This document shows positions 15,781-25,808 of a stretch of DNA of 27,203 nucleotides, piece after piece. The stretch covers positions 1-27,203 of the forward strand of contig JBIKVS010000013.1 of assembly GCA_044356725.1 (NCBI GenBank). Direction: 5' to 3'. The notes under the pieces are model-generated. The model saw only the letters and a list, made by a program, of their open reading frames with translations, was not told the DNA's origin and made no database searches. The number at the start of each line of letters is the position of its first letter. Within the stretch, counting starts at the first letter, position 1. A program made the position numbers and the translations under genes. The stretch is from Minisyncoccia bacterium (GTDB lineage Bacteria > Patescibacteriota > Minisyncoccia > SW-4-49-11).

Positions 15781-16446
15781 TTATCTCCCTAACAATTTTT
15801 GTTCGCTGAGTTTGCGATATCCTCCTTCGGGGATATCGTTTAATTCTATATTGCCAATTCTAATTCTGAGCAAATCTATTACATTATACTTGAGGGACTT
15901 TAACATACGCCTAATTTGCCTGTTTTTGCCTTCTGTGAGAGTGATTTTGACAATATTGTCATCTAGTCTCCTAACTCGGCAGGGTTTGGTGTGATAACCT
16001 GTATCTATCTTTACTCCATCTCTTAGTTTTTCTATGTCTTTTTGAGTTATTGTCCGATTTAGTGTGACTACATACTCTTTTTCAAAGCTAAATTCTGGGC
16101 TTAGAATTTTTTTGGTTATTCTACCATCATTGGTGAGGATAATAAGACCTCTAGAGTCTTTATCTAGTCTACCGACTGGGAAAACATCCTCAGTAAAATT
16201 GGTAATATCTTGAATAGATTTCTCTCCAATTTGAGGACTATGAGTCACAATTCCTACTGGTTTATGATAAGCATAATAGACGTAGGTTTTATTATAATCT
16301 ATAATCTCAACCTTATCACCATCTTGTACATCTAAACCTAAAGTTGCTATAACTCCATTGACTAAAACCTTCCCCCCTTGGATTAGTTTGTCTGCTTCTC
16401 GTCTTGAACAGATGTCCTTCTGGGCTAAATACTTATTAATTCTCAT
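15781..16446 (-). CDS. rRNA pseudouridine synthase, RsuA/RluB/RluF family
   Basis: S4 domain (MRINKYLA....SRREAD), catalytic VGRLDKDSRGL and EGKNRQIRRM. Confidence 0.95.
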   Translation of the reverse strand: MRINKYLAQKDICSRREADKLIQGGKVLVNGVIATLGLDVQDGDKVEIIDYNKTYVYYAYHKPVGIVTHSPQIGEKSIQDITNFTEDVFPVGRLDKDSRGLIILTNDGRITKKILSPEFSFEKEYVVTLNRTITQKDIEKLRDGVKIDTGYHTKPCRVRRLDDNIVKITLTEGKNRQIRRMLKSLKYNVIDLLRIRIGNIELNDIPEGGYRKLSEQKLLGR

Positions 16447-16503
16447 AAAAATACTAATTATATGGCTATACTAGCATATTTTTGTAATTATGGTAAGAGG
16501 ATG

Positions 16504-18264
16504 TTAACTCTCCCCGTCTTTGGTTTTGATTAAATCTATAGCATGTTGGAAGTCTTCGGCTGGGGTGAGTATTCCTTGGCTGATAAAGAATATTTTATCG
16601 GCTTTTTTGATTGTATTGAGTCTATGAGCGATGATTACTTTGGTGGTGCTTTCTGGTAGTTGATTGATAATATCTTGTAGATGTTGCTCAGTAACTGTAT
16701 CTATATTAGCTGTTGCCTCATCTAGAATTAATAGTTCTGGTTGTCGTAAAATTACTCGAATAAATGATATAATTTGCTTTTGCCCTATACTTATACCGTT
16801 ATTAACTATGTTTGTTGTAATACCATTTTCAAAACTAGCTATTAAATCCAATAAGTTATTTTCTTTTAATATTTCTATTAGTTCTTGATTAGTTTTATTT
16901 TCTAAATCTGGATTTCCATACTTGATATTCTCTGCAATAGTACCGGTGAATAAAAAGGGTTCTTGGAGTATAAATCCAATGGTTTGAGTTCTATCTGTTT
17001 CTGTATATGTTCTGATATCTTTGTTATATAATTTTATTATTCCCTTCTGTGGGTCATAGAGCCGAGCCATTAAAGAGGCGGTGGTGCTTTTACCTCCACC
17101 TGTTGGACCAACTAAAGCATAAGTTTTACCTTTTTTTAAGACAAAACTCATATTATTGATAACTAGCTTTTCATCATAACCAAAGTTTACATTTTCAAAC
17201 TCTAAAATATGTTTGGTTTTCAACTTCCTAACCCCTGATTTATCTTCCTCCACTTTCAGATTACTCTCTAAACTAATTATTTCCTGTACTCTAGTCCACG
17301 CAGCTAAAGCTCCTTGCAAATTACCAACTATAGAGCCTAATATACGAAGTGGTTCAAAAAACTTTTGAGCATAGGCAAGAAATCCAATCAGAAGTCCAAT
17401 GGTAATCGTGCCTGAAAGTATAAAATTAAAACCTATAGCTAATAGTATAATTTGTGATAAATTAGCTACAAAAGTATATAGTGGGGCTATATTGTCATTC
17501 AGGATATTAGTTTGTATTTTAGTTTTATACACATCTTCACTAATTTTATTAAAGCTAGATTTATAATAATCTTGAATTTGAAAAGCTACTATGGCATTGA
17601 AATTCAATAATCCTTCTTGTACTTCTGAGGATAATGATCCTTGATTTTCTAAACCGACTTTATTCACTTCTTCTATGTAGGGAGTCGCTATTCTTGTAAT
17701 TATTAAAATTATAACGGTCAGTATAAAAACTATGCTAGCTAATTTCCAATTAAGATATAGCATCATTGAGGCTATACCAATAAGAGAAAAGAAAAGTGAG
17801 GTAAATCTCAAAACCCCTTCTGATAAAAATTGATTTATTCTATTAGTGTCATTATTAATTCTTGAAATTAAATCTCCTGCTTTATTGCGATTAAAAAAAT
17901 CTATTGGTAAGCTTTGTAATGAGCTAAATACCCTCGCACGGAGTCGAAATAAAACCCTTTGTGAAACATATCCCATAATTCTAGCCTGTCCATAGGCTGC
18001 AATGGCTGAGACTATAAATAATCCAATCAAACCAATAGATATGAAAGCTAAGGCTTGAATATCTTTATTAGCAATTGGCCCATCAATAGCTCTAGTAATA
18101 ATATATGGAGTTAAAACACCTGTCCCAATATTAATCAGTACTGTAATTACAATGACGATTAAGTTTTTTGTCTCCCCTGTGAATAATGGAATAATGGTAG
18201 CAATAGAATCTTCAAAAGATGGTTTGGCATTATTAGGTTGAGATAGATTATATGTTCTTTTCAT
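16504..18264 (-). CDS. Heterodimeric ABC exporter subunit B (TMD+NBD)
   Basis: Walker A GPTGGGKS, degenerate signature ISIGQ, canonical LILDE and IIAHR. Start moved to ATG 18264, just after the upstream stop. Confidence 0.93.
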   Translation of the reverse strand: MKRTYNLSQPNNAKPSFEDSIATIIPLFTGETKNLIVIVITVLINIGTGVLTPYIITRAIDGPIANKDIQALAFISIGLIGLFIVSAIAAYGQARIMGYVSQRVLFRLRARVFSSLQSLPIDFFNRNKAGDLISRINNDTNRINQFLSEGVLRFTSLFFSLIGIASMMLYLNWKLASIVFILTVIILIITRIATPYIEEVNKVGLENQGSLSSEVQEGLLNFNAIVAFQIQDYYKSSFNKISEDVYKTKIQTNILNDNIAPLYTFVANLSQIILLAIGFNFILSGTITIGLLIGFLAYAQKFFEPLRILGSIVGNLQGALAAWTRVQEIISLESNLKVEEDKSGVRKLKTKHILEFENVNFGYDEKLVINNMSFVLKKGKTYALVGPTGGGKSTTASLMARLYDPQKGIIKLYNKDIRTYTETDRTQTIGFILQEPFLFTGTIAENIKYGNPDLENKTNQELIEILKENNLLDLIASFENGITTNIVNNGISIGQKQIISFIRVILRQPELLILDEATANIDTVTEQHLQDIINQLPESTTKVIIAHRLNTIKKADKIFFISQGILTPAEDFQHAIDLIKTKDGES

Positions 18265-18265
18265 A

Positions 18266-19996
18266 TTAAGTAGTTTGTTGACTTTGCCAAATTTGAGCAT
18301 ATTCAATGGATCTTTTTATCATTTGAGAATGTGTACCGGTAGCTAATAATTCTCCTTCCATAATCAAAATAATTTGATCATAATCTTGAATTGGCTCAAT
18401 TTTTTGGGTAATAGATATTAAAGTTAAATAAGGATATTCTTGAGATAATGAAGCAACTATCTCTTTTTCAGTCTTAATATCTACTCTAGCTGTGAAATCA
18501 TCTAATAATAGGATTTTTGGACTTCTAACTAGTGCTCTAGCTAACATTATTCTCTGCTTTTGTCCTCCAGATAAATTACTTCCTCGCTCGCTAATCTTTG
18601 TATTAATTCCTTCTGGAAGAGAGTTTACTATTTCGGATACATTAGAAGTTATCAGTGCTTTTTGATAGTCTAATTCTTCCACTTTAGTATTAAATAAAAT
18701 GTTTTCTCGAAGAGTGGTATTGAATAAAATACTTTCTTGAAATACCAATCCCATAGTTTTAAATATATAATCTGGATTCCATTTTTGAAGAGGAATATCA
18801 TCTATTAGAATTTGGCCAGAGCTTGGCTGAATTAAACCGGTAATTAGTGATAATATAAGGCTTTTACCTGATCCTGTTGGACCTATAATAGCATTTTTAG
18901 TTTGAGGATGAATTTCAAAAGAAACTTCTTTTAATAAAGTTTTACCTTTTACTTCATAAGATACTTTGTCAAAAGTAATTTTACCTTTCACTGATTTAGT
19001 AATTAAATTTTTAGCATCCGATTTTATTTGTTCGGGGGCATTTAATACTTGCTGAATTCTAGACAAAGACACAAGTCCTCTAGAAATAAAATTACTAACA
19101 AATCCTAAAATAAAAATTGGGGTAATCAAAAGGTTAAAATACGAAATAAAAGCACTAAATTCTCCCAAAGTTAAGTCAGCTACCATCACTTGTCTACCTC
19201 CAAACCAAATAATAGTTACAATAGCAAAGTTAGATACCAAATTAATTGCTGGTATTAAACTGGAAAATAAATTAATAATTTTCAAACCAACCTCTCTTCC
19301 TTCCTGATTAATCTTGTCAAACTTAATATTTTCATATTTTTGAGCATTAAGAACTCTAATCAACATTGCCCCTAAGACACTTTCGTTGATTACCTTATTG
19401 ATTTTAGATAATATTTTTTGAGATGACCTAAATAGTTTAGATATATTTTTAAAGATAAAGGCAAAAACAGCTATAATAATTGGCAAGGAGATAATCGCAA
19501 TCAAAGCCAGCCTAACATTAATGGAAAATAATAAAATAACACTACCAATCAGAATAATCAAGGCAGAGAATATACTAGCAAAACCTTGTGAGATAATGTC
19601 TTTTACTTGTTCTACATCGGAGGTTATATTAGTGAATAATTCTGAGGAATCTTGTTCATTAATAAAGCTGATGGGCTGGGATAATATTTTTTTAATCAAA
19701 TCGTCTCTAAAGTCTCTAGCTACATTTTCAGCTACATATATTCCTATAACAGTTTGTACTAATGAGATTAATAATACAAATATTGATATTGCCGATAATA
19801 ACCATATATCTGGCGCTAATTTATAAATACTACCATTTTGACTAAGATTATCAATGCTGCCACCCAATATTCTAGGAATTAACAGATTAGCCCCATTAGA
19901 CAAAAATATAAATATAGTTAAAAGTATAGACCAACCTATATATGGTTTTATAAATTTTAAGTCAATCTTAGATGTATTGGTTTTAGATTTCTGCAT
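18266..19996 (-). CDS. Heterodimeric ABC exporter subunit A (TMD+NBD)
   Basis: GPTGSGKS, canonical LSGGQ, degenerate Walker B LLLDD and switch His replaced by Gln (ITQK). This is the classic TM287/288-type asymmetry. Confidence 0.94.
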   Translation of the reverse strand: MQKSKTNTSKIDLKFIKPYIGWSILLTIFIFLSNGANLLIPRILGGSIDNLSQNGSIYKLAPDIWLLSAISIFVLLISLVQTVIGIYVAENVARDFRDDLIKKILSQPISFINEQDSSELFTNITSDVEQVKDIISQGFASIFSALIILIGSVILLFSINVRLALIAIISLPIIIAVFAFIFKNISKLFRSSQKILSKINKVINESVLGAMLIRVLNAQKYENIKFDKINQEGREVGLKIINLFSSLIPAINLVSNFAIVTIIWFGGRQVMVADLTLGEFSAFISYFNLLITPIFILGFVSNFISRGLVSLSRIQQVLNAPEQIKSDAKNLITKSVKGKITFDKVSYEVKGKTLLKEVSFEIHPQTKNAIIGPTGSGKSLILSLITGLIQPSSGQILIDDIPLQKWNPDYIFKTMGLVFQESILFNTTLRENILFNTKVEELDYQKALITSNVSEIVNSLPEGINTKISERGSNLSGGQKQRIMLARALVRSPKILLLDDFTARVDIKTEKEIVASLSQEYPYLTLISITQKIEPIQDYDQIILIMEGELLATGTHSQMIKRSIEYAQIWQSQQTT

Positions 19997-20024
19997 TATT
20001 TTGGTGGGTTAAGAAAATGCAGAA

Positions 20025-21680
20025 TCAACTTCTATCTATAAATTCTTCTCGAGAACAAGCATCTGGCTTAGCAATATGCTCTGGAATCATAGCCTGTAAT
20101 AGTGATTCACTATTAGCCCCCAATTTGGCTATATCATAAGCTAATTGTCTGTAATTAATATGCCCCCCTGGTCTTACTCTAAGTTGTGTCATATAGCTAA
20201 TTTCTTTAGGAGAAGCATGAAAAAAAGAGGTAAAAATATGGGCAAAAGGTAGTAATTGAACATACATATATTGAGGAAACCATTCATATTCTGAACTTAT
20301 ATTGATGAAATTTTGTAGTTTTTGATAGTATTCTTGTAAATCTTGTTCAAACTCTTGTCTAATTGCTTGTAATTCTGGGTTATCTGTTAGATAAAGTGGT
20401 AAAGTATACCCTGTACATAATGTTTCCTTGTATTGATTTGTACTAAAAGCTGGAATATACCTCCCCCAAGCTCGATGACGATTCAAATCTCTTAGTTCAG
20501 AATTGGAACAAGTAAGCACAAAACTATGGGTGTTGACTCGGAATAAATTCCCCATTTGTTTATGATGATTAAAGTCTTTAAATACAATTTTAGAAATTTG
20601 AATTTGATGTTCCTGAGTTAAATTAGATATAAATTCTAAGATAGATTTAATACTGGCATTTGGGTATAAAGTTATAATGTTTTGTAACAAAATCTTAGCT
20701 CCAGCACTGAGATTAGTGTCTAATAATTCTGCATCTACTTTGTGGTATCTGATAATTTTTGACGTTTCTAAATTCTGCTCTATTTGTAATTCAGTCTGTA
20801 AATATTGTTTTAAAAATAATAGATTTTGATTTGTAATTGTATCTGCCTCAGTGTGACGAATTAAATCTGGGGCTTCTGGAGTATAGCCAAGTTTCTGAGC
20901 TTCAATATCGTCTGGAGCAAATAGTATTTCCAATTGCTCAGCTAAACAAACTAAATTATATTCATTGGAAGCCTTGAATACTGAGATTAATCTTGCCCAT
21001 TCGCGAGCGGAGGTAATATAGGCTAGAGAAGTTTTATTCATTAAACCTGAAGGTAAAAAATATCTAGTGGAGTCAAAAACTCTAGCTGTCAGAGCTCCTG
21101 TTTCGGATTTATTATCCTTATCTATCTCATAAACTTTAATATATTCTGTGGTTAATTTTTCTTGCCAATATTTATATTTTTCTAAAGAATATTGTTGTAA
21201 ATCAAGCAATGCCTGGTTAATTTTATCATAATCTTCTGAATTAGAATCTACACCTAAACTATCTAACCCGAGAGGTTTGCTATTACCAAAATCCTGATAT
21301 CTAGTAGATCTCTGTTGTCCCCCTCCAACACTAGTTTCATTAAAGAATATTGTAGAATAGTGGTCTGGTATCTGCTCAATATAAGCAAATAATTGTGCCA
21401 TATCTGCTACGGAGGAATGTCCGTAATTTCTAAAAATATTAGCTAATTTTTCATTAGCATTACTACCAGCTTGCCTGATTTCTTGAAATAACTCTTCAGC
21501 CGAGAGAGCTGAGCGTGAGAATCTAGCTCCTGCAAAGGCCATAATAGAGGCGGTTTGTTTCCCTGAATTTGGTAGAGCGGTTCTAACAGTGTATCCGGTT
21601 CTAGTATCTGTGACTGAGACTATAACTAAATCTGTTTTATCTGCCTCTGAGATACTAAATTGAAAGTGTGATTGATTCAT
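20025..21680 (-). CDS. thyX: FAD-dependent thymidylate synthase, tandem-domain ThyX
   Basis: ARFSRS, YGHSSVADMA, QQRSTRYQDF and FDSTRYFLP in domain 1; RDLNRHR and LRVRPGGHINYR in domain 2. Adjacent to dcd. Confidence 0.88.
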   Translation of the reverse strand: MNQSHFQFSISEADKTDLVIVSVTDTRTGYTVRTALPNSGKQTASIMAFAGARFSRSALSAEELFQEIRQAGSNANEKLANIFRNYGHSSVADMAQLFAYIEQIPDHYSTIFFNETSVGGGQQRSTRYQDFGNSKPLGLDSLGVDSNSEDYDKINQALLDLQQYSLEKYKYWQEKLTTEYIKVYEIDKDNKSETGALTARVFDSTRYFLPSGLMNKTSLAYITSAREWARLISVFKASNEYNLVCLAEQLEILFAPDDIEAQKLGYTPEAPDLIRHTEADTITNQNLLFLKQYLQTELQIEQNLETSKIIRYHKVDAELLDTNLSAGAKILLQNIITLYPNASIKSILEFISNLTQEHQIQISKIVFKDFNHHKQMGNLFRVNTHSFVLTCSNSELRDLNRHRAWGRYIPAFSTNQYKETLCTGYTLPLYLTDNPELQAIRQEFEQDLQEYYQKLQNFINISSEYEWFPQYMYVQLLPFAHIFTSFFHASPKEISYMTQLRVRPGGHINYRQLAYDIAKLGANSESLLQAMIPEHIAKPDACSREEFIDRS

Positions 21681-21691
21681 ATTATAATTTT

Positions 21692-22267
21692 TTAGTCTTT
21701 AGTATCGAAATTTTTATGCATATCACTAGCTTGTACTCCTCTAGAATCGTAGTATTTACTTCCAAGTTCTGCACTTCCATAAGCATTCTTAGCTGGAGTT
21801 TTAAGTTCATAAAAAGCAATTTGAGCAATTTTCATCTCTGGATAAAGACGAATTGGAACTGTATTGGTATTCACAAATTCTAGAGTAGCATTAAGCCTGT
21901 TTCCTGGATCAATAAAACCTGCTGTAGTATGTACAATCAGCCCATATCGAGCTAGAGAGCTTTTACCCATAATTTGACAGGCATACTTTTCATTACACCC
22001 AAAATAGTCTTTGGTAACCCCTAGGATAAATTGACCTGGATGAATTACAAAGTATTCATCCTTATTAGATAAAACCACTTTCTCCATAAAGCTATGTATT
22101 GGTTTTTTAGGGTCTATGCATTCAAATTTATGATTATTAAATATCATAAACTCATAGCCTAAAAGCACATCATAGCTGGCTGGTTGTAGCCTACTCTCAT
22201 CAAAATCATTAATAATAATATCCCCATCCTCAAGTGCTTGTTTTATATCTATATCAGACAATTGCAT
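21692..22267 (-). CDS. dcd: dCTP deaminase (probably the dUMP-forming DCD-DUT type)
   Basis: LSDIDI, LQPASYD, GKSSLAR.GL.VH.TAGFIDPG, TLE, IAQI.F and GSKY. Confidence 0.93.
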   Translation of the reverse strand: MQLSDIDIKQALEDGDIIINDFDESRLQPASYDVLLGYEFMIFNNHKFECIDPKKPIHSFMEKVVLSNKDEYFVIHPGQFILGVTKDYFGCNEKYACQIMGKSSLARYGLIVHTTAGFIDPGNRLNATLEFVNTNTVPIRLYPEMKIAQIAFYELKTPAKNAYGSAELGSKYYDSRGVQASDMHKNFDTKD

Positions 22268-22279
22268 ATAACTTATAGC

Positions 22280-23209
22280 TTAAACTTTCAAATACCGATT
22301 AATAGCAATTAAACTACTTCCTACTCCTAGAATAATTCCAACTATTAATTGTATCCCTATGATAAAGAAAGCATTTGCTAACACATATTCACTTAATGGC
22401 TGTGAGCCTGCTATAAATTCTTTTACCCCGGAGGATATTAATAAGACCACGATGAATAATATAAGAAAACTAATAAATGTTCCGAATATTCCAAATAAAA
22501 CACCTTCTACAAAAAATGGTCCTTTAATTTGAGCGTCACTAGCTCCAACCAATCTCATAATCTCAATTTCTTGCCTATATGAGTATAATGTCAATCTAAT
22601 TGTATTATAAGTTATCAATATAGCGATAGTAGCTAGTACAACAATAACACTGATTCCTACATTACGAGTTACTCTAATTATATTATTAAGTCTATCGATA
22701 ATTTCTTTAGAGGTACTTTTTTGATAATCTGTTTCTTGAATAGTAGACTCGGCGTACTCTGAGCTCATCAAAGTGTCATTGATACTTTGATAAAAATTAC
22801 TATTTTCAGCCTTAACAGTCAATGTTACTGGTAGAGGATTTTCGTCCAAAACCTGTAGTGATTGAATAATAGAAGGGTTATCTTTATAAGTTTCTTTAAA
22901 CTTTTCTAAAGCCATTTCTTTAGTAATTAGATTGGCCTCTGTGACTCCTTCTACTGTTTTTACATAAGACACAAAGTCATTAATTTGAGTTTCTTCTAAT
23001 CCGTCTTTTAGATACACACTAATGTCAACTCTATTTTGAATACCCTGTAAAGCATCACTACTAATCTGATTAATAACCATAAAAAATCCAAGCCCAAACA
23101 ATGTCAAAACCATTATACTAGTAGTGGCAATGGATAAAAATATATTACGACCAAAGTTTTGGAAACCATATTTTATACTGCGAATGATTGTAGAGAAGAA
23201 TAAATCCAT
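22280..23209 (-). CDS. ftsX: Cell division permease FtsX
   Basis: Four TMs, ISVYL, NPLP, NTIRL..Y.YRQEIEIMRLVGAS...I.GPF.VEG. Confidence 0.95.
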   Translation of the reverse strand: MDLFFSTIIRSIKYGFQNFGRNIFLSIATTSIMVLTLFGLGFFMVINQISSDALQGIQNRVDISVYLKDGLEETQINDFVSYVKTVEGVTEANLITKEMALEKFKETYKDNPSIIQSLQVLDENPLPVTLTVKAENSNFYQSINDTLMSSEYAESTIQETDYQKSTSKEIIDRLNNIIRVTRNVGISVIVVLATIAILITYNTIRLTLYSYRQEIEIMRLVGASDAQIKGPFFVEGVLFGIFGTFISFLILFIVVLLISSGVKEFIAGSQPLSEYVLANAFFIIGIQLIVGIILGVGSSLIAINRYLKV

Positions 23210-23227
23210 ATAATTAGTGTTTATGTT

Positions 23228-23914
23228 TTATATAATATATTTACCATCAAGACTATCTCGAATAATCTTACCTTTATCAAGACTAATAACTCTTTTATTA
23301 ATACTATTTACAACTTCTTTATTGTGTGTGGCAAAGATAATAGTAGTTTTGAGTTGCTCATTAATTTTTAACAATAAATTGACAATGTCCCAGCTATTGA
23401 ATACATCTAGATTTCCTGTTGGCTCATCTGCTAATAAAACTTTTGGTTCATTTATCAAAGCTCTAGCAATAGCAATTCTCTGCCTCTCTCCTCCTGACAT
23501 TTGACTAGGAAATTTATTAGCTTTAGCCCCCATACCAACAATATTCAAAAATCTAGGGACTTTTCTACTAATTTCCAAATTGTCCTTACCTAAAATTTCC
23601 ATTGCAAAGGCAATATTTTCAAAAGCAGTTTTACTTGGCAGAAGTTTAAAATCTTGAAAAATAATTCCTAGAGACTTTCTATGCCTTGGCATATCCCCAT
23701 ATCTTAAGTCGTTCACTCTAGTTTTACCTAAAAAAACCTCTCCCTTATCTGGCTTTTGCTCTCCAGTTATAAGTTTCATCAAAGTAGATTTACCCGCACC
23801 ACTCTGACCTACTAAAACCACAAACTCTCCACTTTCAATTTTTAAGTTTATATTTTCTATAGCAAAGGACTCTTCCTCGCCATAAGCTTTTGTTACATTT
23901 TTAAATAAAATCAT
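23228..23914 (-). CDS. ftsE: Cell division ATP-binding protein FtsE
   Basis: GQSGAGKST, IFQDFKLL, MSGGERQR, LADEPTGNLD and ATH; lies between prfB and ftsX. Confidence 0.95.
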   Translation of the reverse strand: MILFKNVTKAYGEEESFAIENINLKIESGEFVVLVGQSGAGKSTLMKLITGEQKPDKGEVFLGKTRVNDLRYGDMPRHRKSLGIIFQDFKLLPSKTAFENIAFAMEILGKDNLEISRKVPRFLNIVGMGAKANKFPSQMSGGERQRIAIARALINEPKVLLADEPTGNLDVFNSWDIVNLLLKINEQLKTTIIFATHNKEVVNSINKRVISLDKGKIIRDSLDGKYII

Positions 23915-23922
23915 ATTGCTAA

Positions 23923-25005
23923 TTAATGTTTATCTTTTTTGATTAATACTGAGGTAATAATTTCATCTAATTCTCCAGACAAAACCTTATCCACATCAGT
24001 AGTTTCAAAACCACTTCGCTGGTCTTTGACCAATTTATACGGATTCATTACATAAGATCGAATATGATTACCCCATGAAATTGACACATCCTCAGTATGA
24101 GATTGCTGTTCTTGCTTGTGCTCCGATTGTTTTAACTCCCATAGTTTAGACTTTAGAATATTCATAGCCAGAGTTTTGTTCTGCAACTGAGACCGCTCGG
24201 TCTGAATTGCTACTACAATACCAGTTGGAATATGAGTAATCCTCACAGCAGAATCTGTAGTATTTACACTCTGTCCACCGGCACCCTGTGAGCGATATAC
24301 ATCCACCTTAATATCATTTGGATTAATTATAATATCACTAGAGCTAATCTCATCCATTTCTGGCAAGACCTGTACCATCACAAATGAAGTATGTCTCAAA
24401 CCAGCTGCATTAAATGGAGAAACTCGCACTAATCGATGCACTCCTCGCTCTTGGCGAAAAATTCCATAAGCATATTGACCTTTTATCTGTAATAAAGAAC
24501 GCTTGATACCAGCCTCTTGGCCTTGTATATATTCTATCACATCTATCTCAAAATTTCGAGACCTTGCATAAGACATATACATCTTAGTGATAATCTCAGC
24601 AAAATCCTGAGCATCCACACCCCCAGCTCCAGCTTGAATAAACAACAAAGCATTACCCGAGTCATACTCTTCACTAAAAAACATTTCTTGCCAATAAGTA
24701 TTTACTTGTTTTTCTAAAGTTTCAAGTTCAGATTCAAAATCTGTATCTTGTTCTAGAATTAACTGCTCCACAAAATCTATAGTGTCTGGAATATTCTCTA
24801 AATCCTGCAGTTTTTTTTGAGAGTGAGATAATTTTTTTAATATAATCTGAGCTTGCTCTGGATTATCCCATAGATTAGGATTTTCTGATTGATTACTATA
24901 AGATTGAATCTCCTGTTTGAGCTTCTCTATATCAGTTCCTAGCTTTATTTGACTCCACTTTTCTTTAATTTCACTTAGAATATGTTGAGAGTGTTCTAAT
25001 GTCAT
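23923..25005 (-). CDS. prfB: Peptide chain release factor 2 (no programmed frameshift)
   Basis: SPF recognition motif (LVRVSPFN), GAGGQ, and conserved prfB-ftsEX synteny; a single uninterrupted ORF. Confidence 0.97.
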   Translation of the reverse strand: MTLEHSQHILSEIKEKWSQIKLGTDIEKLKQEIQSYSNQSENPNLWDNPEQAQIILKKLSHSQKKLQDLENIPDTIDFVEQLILEQDTDFESELETLEKQVNTYWQEMFFSEEYDSGNALLFIQAGAGGVDAQDFAEIITKMYMSYARSRNFEIDVIEYIQGQEAGIKRSLLQIKGQYAYGIFRQERGVHRLVRVSPFNAAGLRHTSFVMVQVLPEMDEISSSDIIINPNDIKVDVYRSQGAGGQSVNTTDSAVRITHIPTGIVVAIQTERSQLQNKTLAMNILKSKLWELKQSEHKQEQQSHTEDVSISWGNHIRSYVMNPYKLVKDQRSGFETTDVDKVLSGELDEIITSVLIKKDKH

Positions 25006-25247
25006 TACTTTAAATTACTCATTACCTCTCTTACATGCCTTACCGCCATATTGGCTACTGTGGGATTGTGAGCATATAACTTTTCTTCTACCTTACCTCT
25101 ATATATTATAGCGCTATCACTAGTTACTTGATAATATTCTGACCCATAGACACTAGTTACAGCATGATGGACTGCATTAGCAGCCTCACTGCCATGAGTA
25201 AACCTACCGGCTTCACAAATTTGTTTAATTATATCTTTTGCAGTCAT
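25005..25247 (-). CDS. Hypothetical protein (80 aa) overlapping the prfB start
   Basis: TAATG stop/start overlap with prfB and a 5-bp gap to the upstream ORF. Confidence 0.7.
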   Translation of the reverse strand: MTAKDIIKQICEAGRFTHGSEAANAVHHAVTSVYGSEYYQVTSDSAIIYRGKVEEKLYAHNPTVANMAVRHVREVMSNLK

Positions 25248-25252
25248 ATACT

Positions 25253-25528
25253 TTACTTTAATTCTAATTCTATTGCTTTTGACAAAGTTTCTATATCCTG
25301 CTCTGTCAAAATATCTTTTTTATTAGCTAATAATTCAGCCTTAATCTCTTGCCACTCTTCAATAGTAGCTAAATCCCTACCATCCCCATATCTATCAAAG
25401 GCATCGTCAAATACAACTTTAATATATTCTTTTTTTTGCTCATTATTCGCTCCAGAAGAAAATATACCTGGACTCTTGAAATATACTCTTCTCAATATAA
25501 TGTCGAATCTTGATTTAGAAATACTCAT
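25253..25528 (-). CDS. Hypothetical protein (91 aa), first gene of the prfB operon
   Basis: ATG start about 24 bp downstream of an extended -10 box; tight operon spacing. Confidence 0.7.
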   Translation of the reverse strand: MSISKSRFDIILRRVYFKSPGIFSSGANNEQKKEYIKVVFDDAFDRYGDGRDLATIEEWQEIKAELLANKKDILTEQDIETLSKAIELELK

Positions 25529-25551
25529 AAGCTTATAGTTTATTTATGTTT

Positions 25552-25560
25552 ATTATAACA
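25552..25560 (-). promoter_or_regulatory. Extended -10 promoter of the prfB operon
   Basis: TG-T-TATAAT on the minus strand. Confidence 0.6.
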
Positions 25561-25576
25561 TAGATTAGTAAAAATT

Positions 25577-25649
25577 ATAAATTATGAATTTGTAGAGTCG
25601 GCGCCCTCGCCGACATTGTTCTTTTGTAGGGGAGACCTTCCAGTCGCCT
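25577..25649 (+). repeat. GTAG-tagged REP-like palindromes
   Basis: GTAGA-GTCGGCG-CCCT-CGCCGAC (25592-25614) and a degenerate second type, GTAGGGGAGACCTTCCAGTCGCCT (25626-25649). Confidence 0.8.
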
Positions 25650-25664
25650 GTGTTTTTGAATTAA

Positions 25665-25771
25665 AATTCCCCTCTTGAGGGGTGCCCGTAGGGTGGGGTG
25701 GAAGGAGAAATTTAAGTTACAAAAACTATCCACCCCGTCAGGCAAGCCTGCCACCCCTCAAGAGGGGAATT
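25665..25771. repeat. Inverted doublet of double-hairpin REP-like units with 20-bp perfect terminal IR
   Basis: AATTCCCCTCTTGAGGGGTG ... CACCCCTCAAGAGGGGAATT, with inner GGGGTGGA/TCCACCCC. Confidence 0.85.
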
Positions 25772-25808
25772 AGACCAGTCCACCATCCCCCCCTCAGCTA
25801 CAAATCTC

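Noticed and set aside
18265-18306. 41-bp overlap between the two ABC genes
   Set aside because: Disappears if ATG 18264 is used as the start.
16504-19996. Degenerate ABC motifs as evidence of pseudogenisation
   Set aside because: The complementary degeneracy is the normal pattern of heterodimeric exporters.
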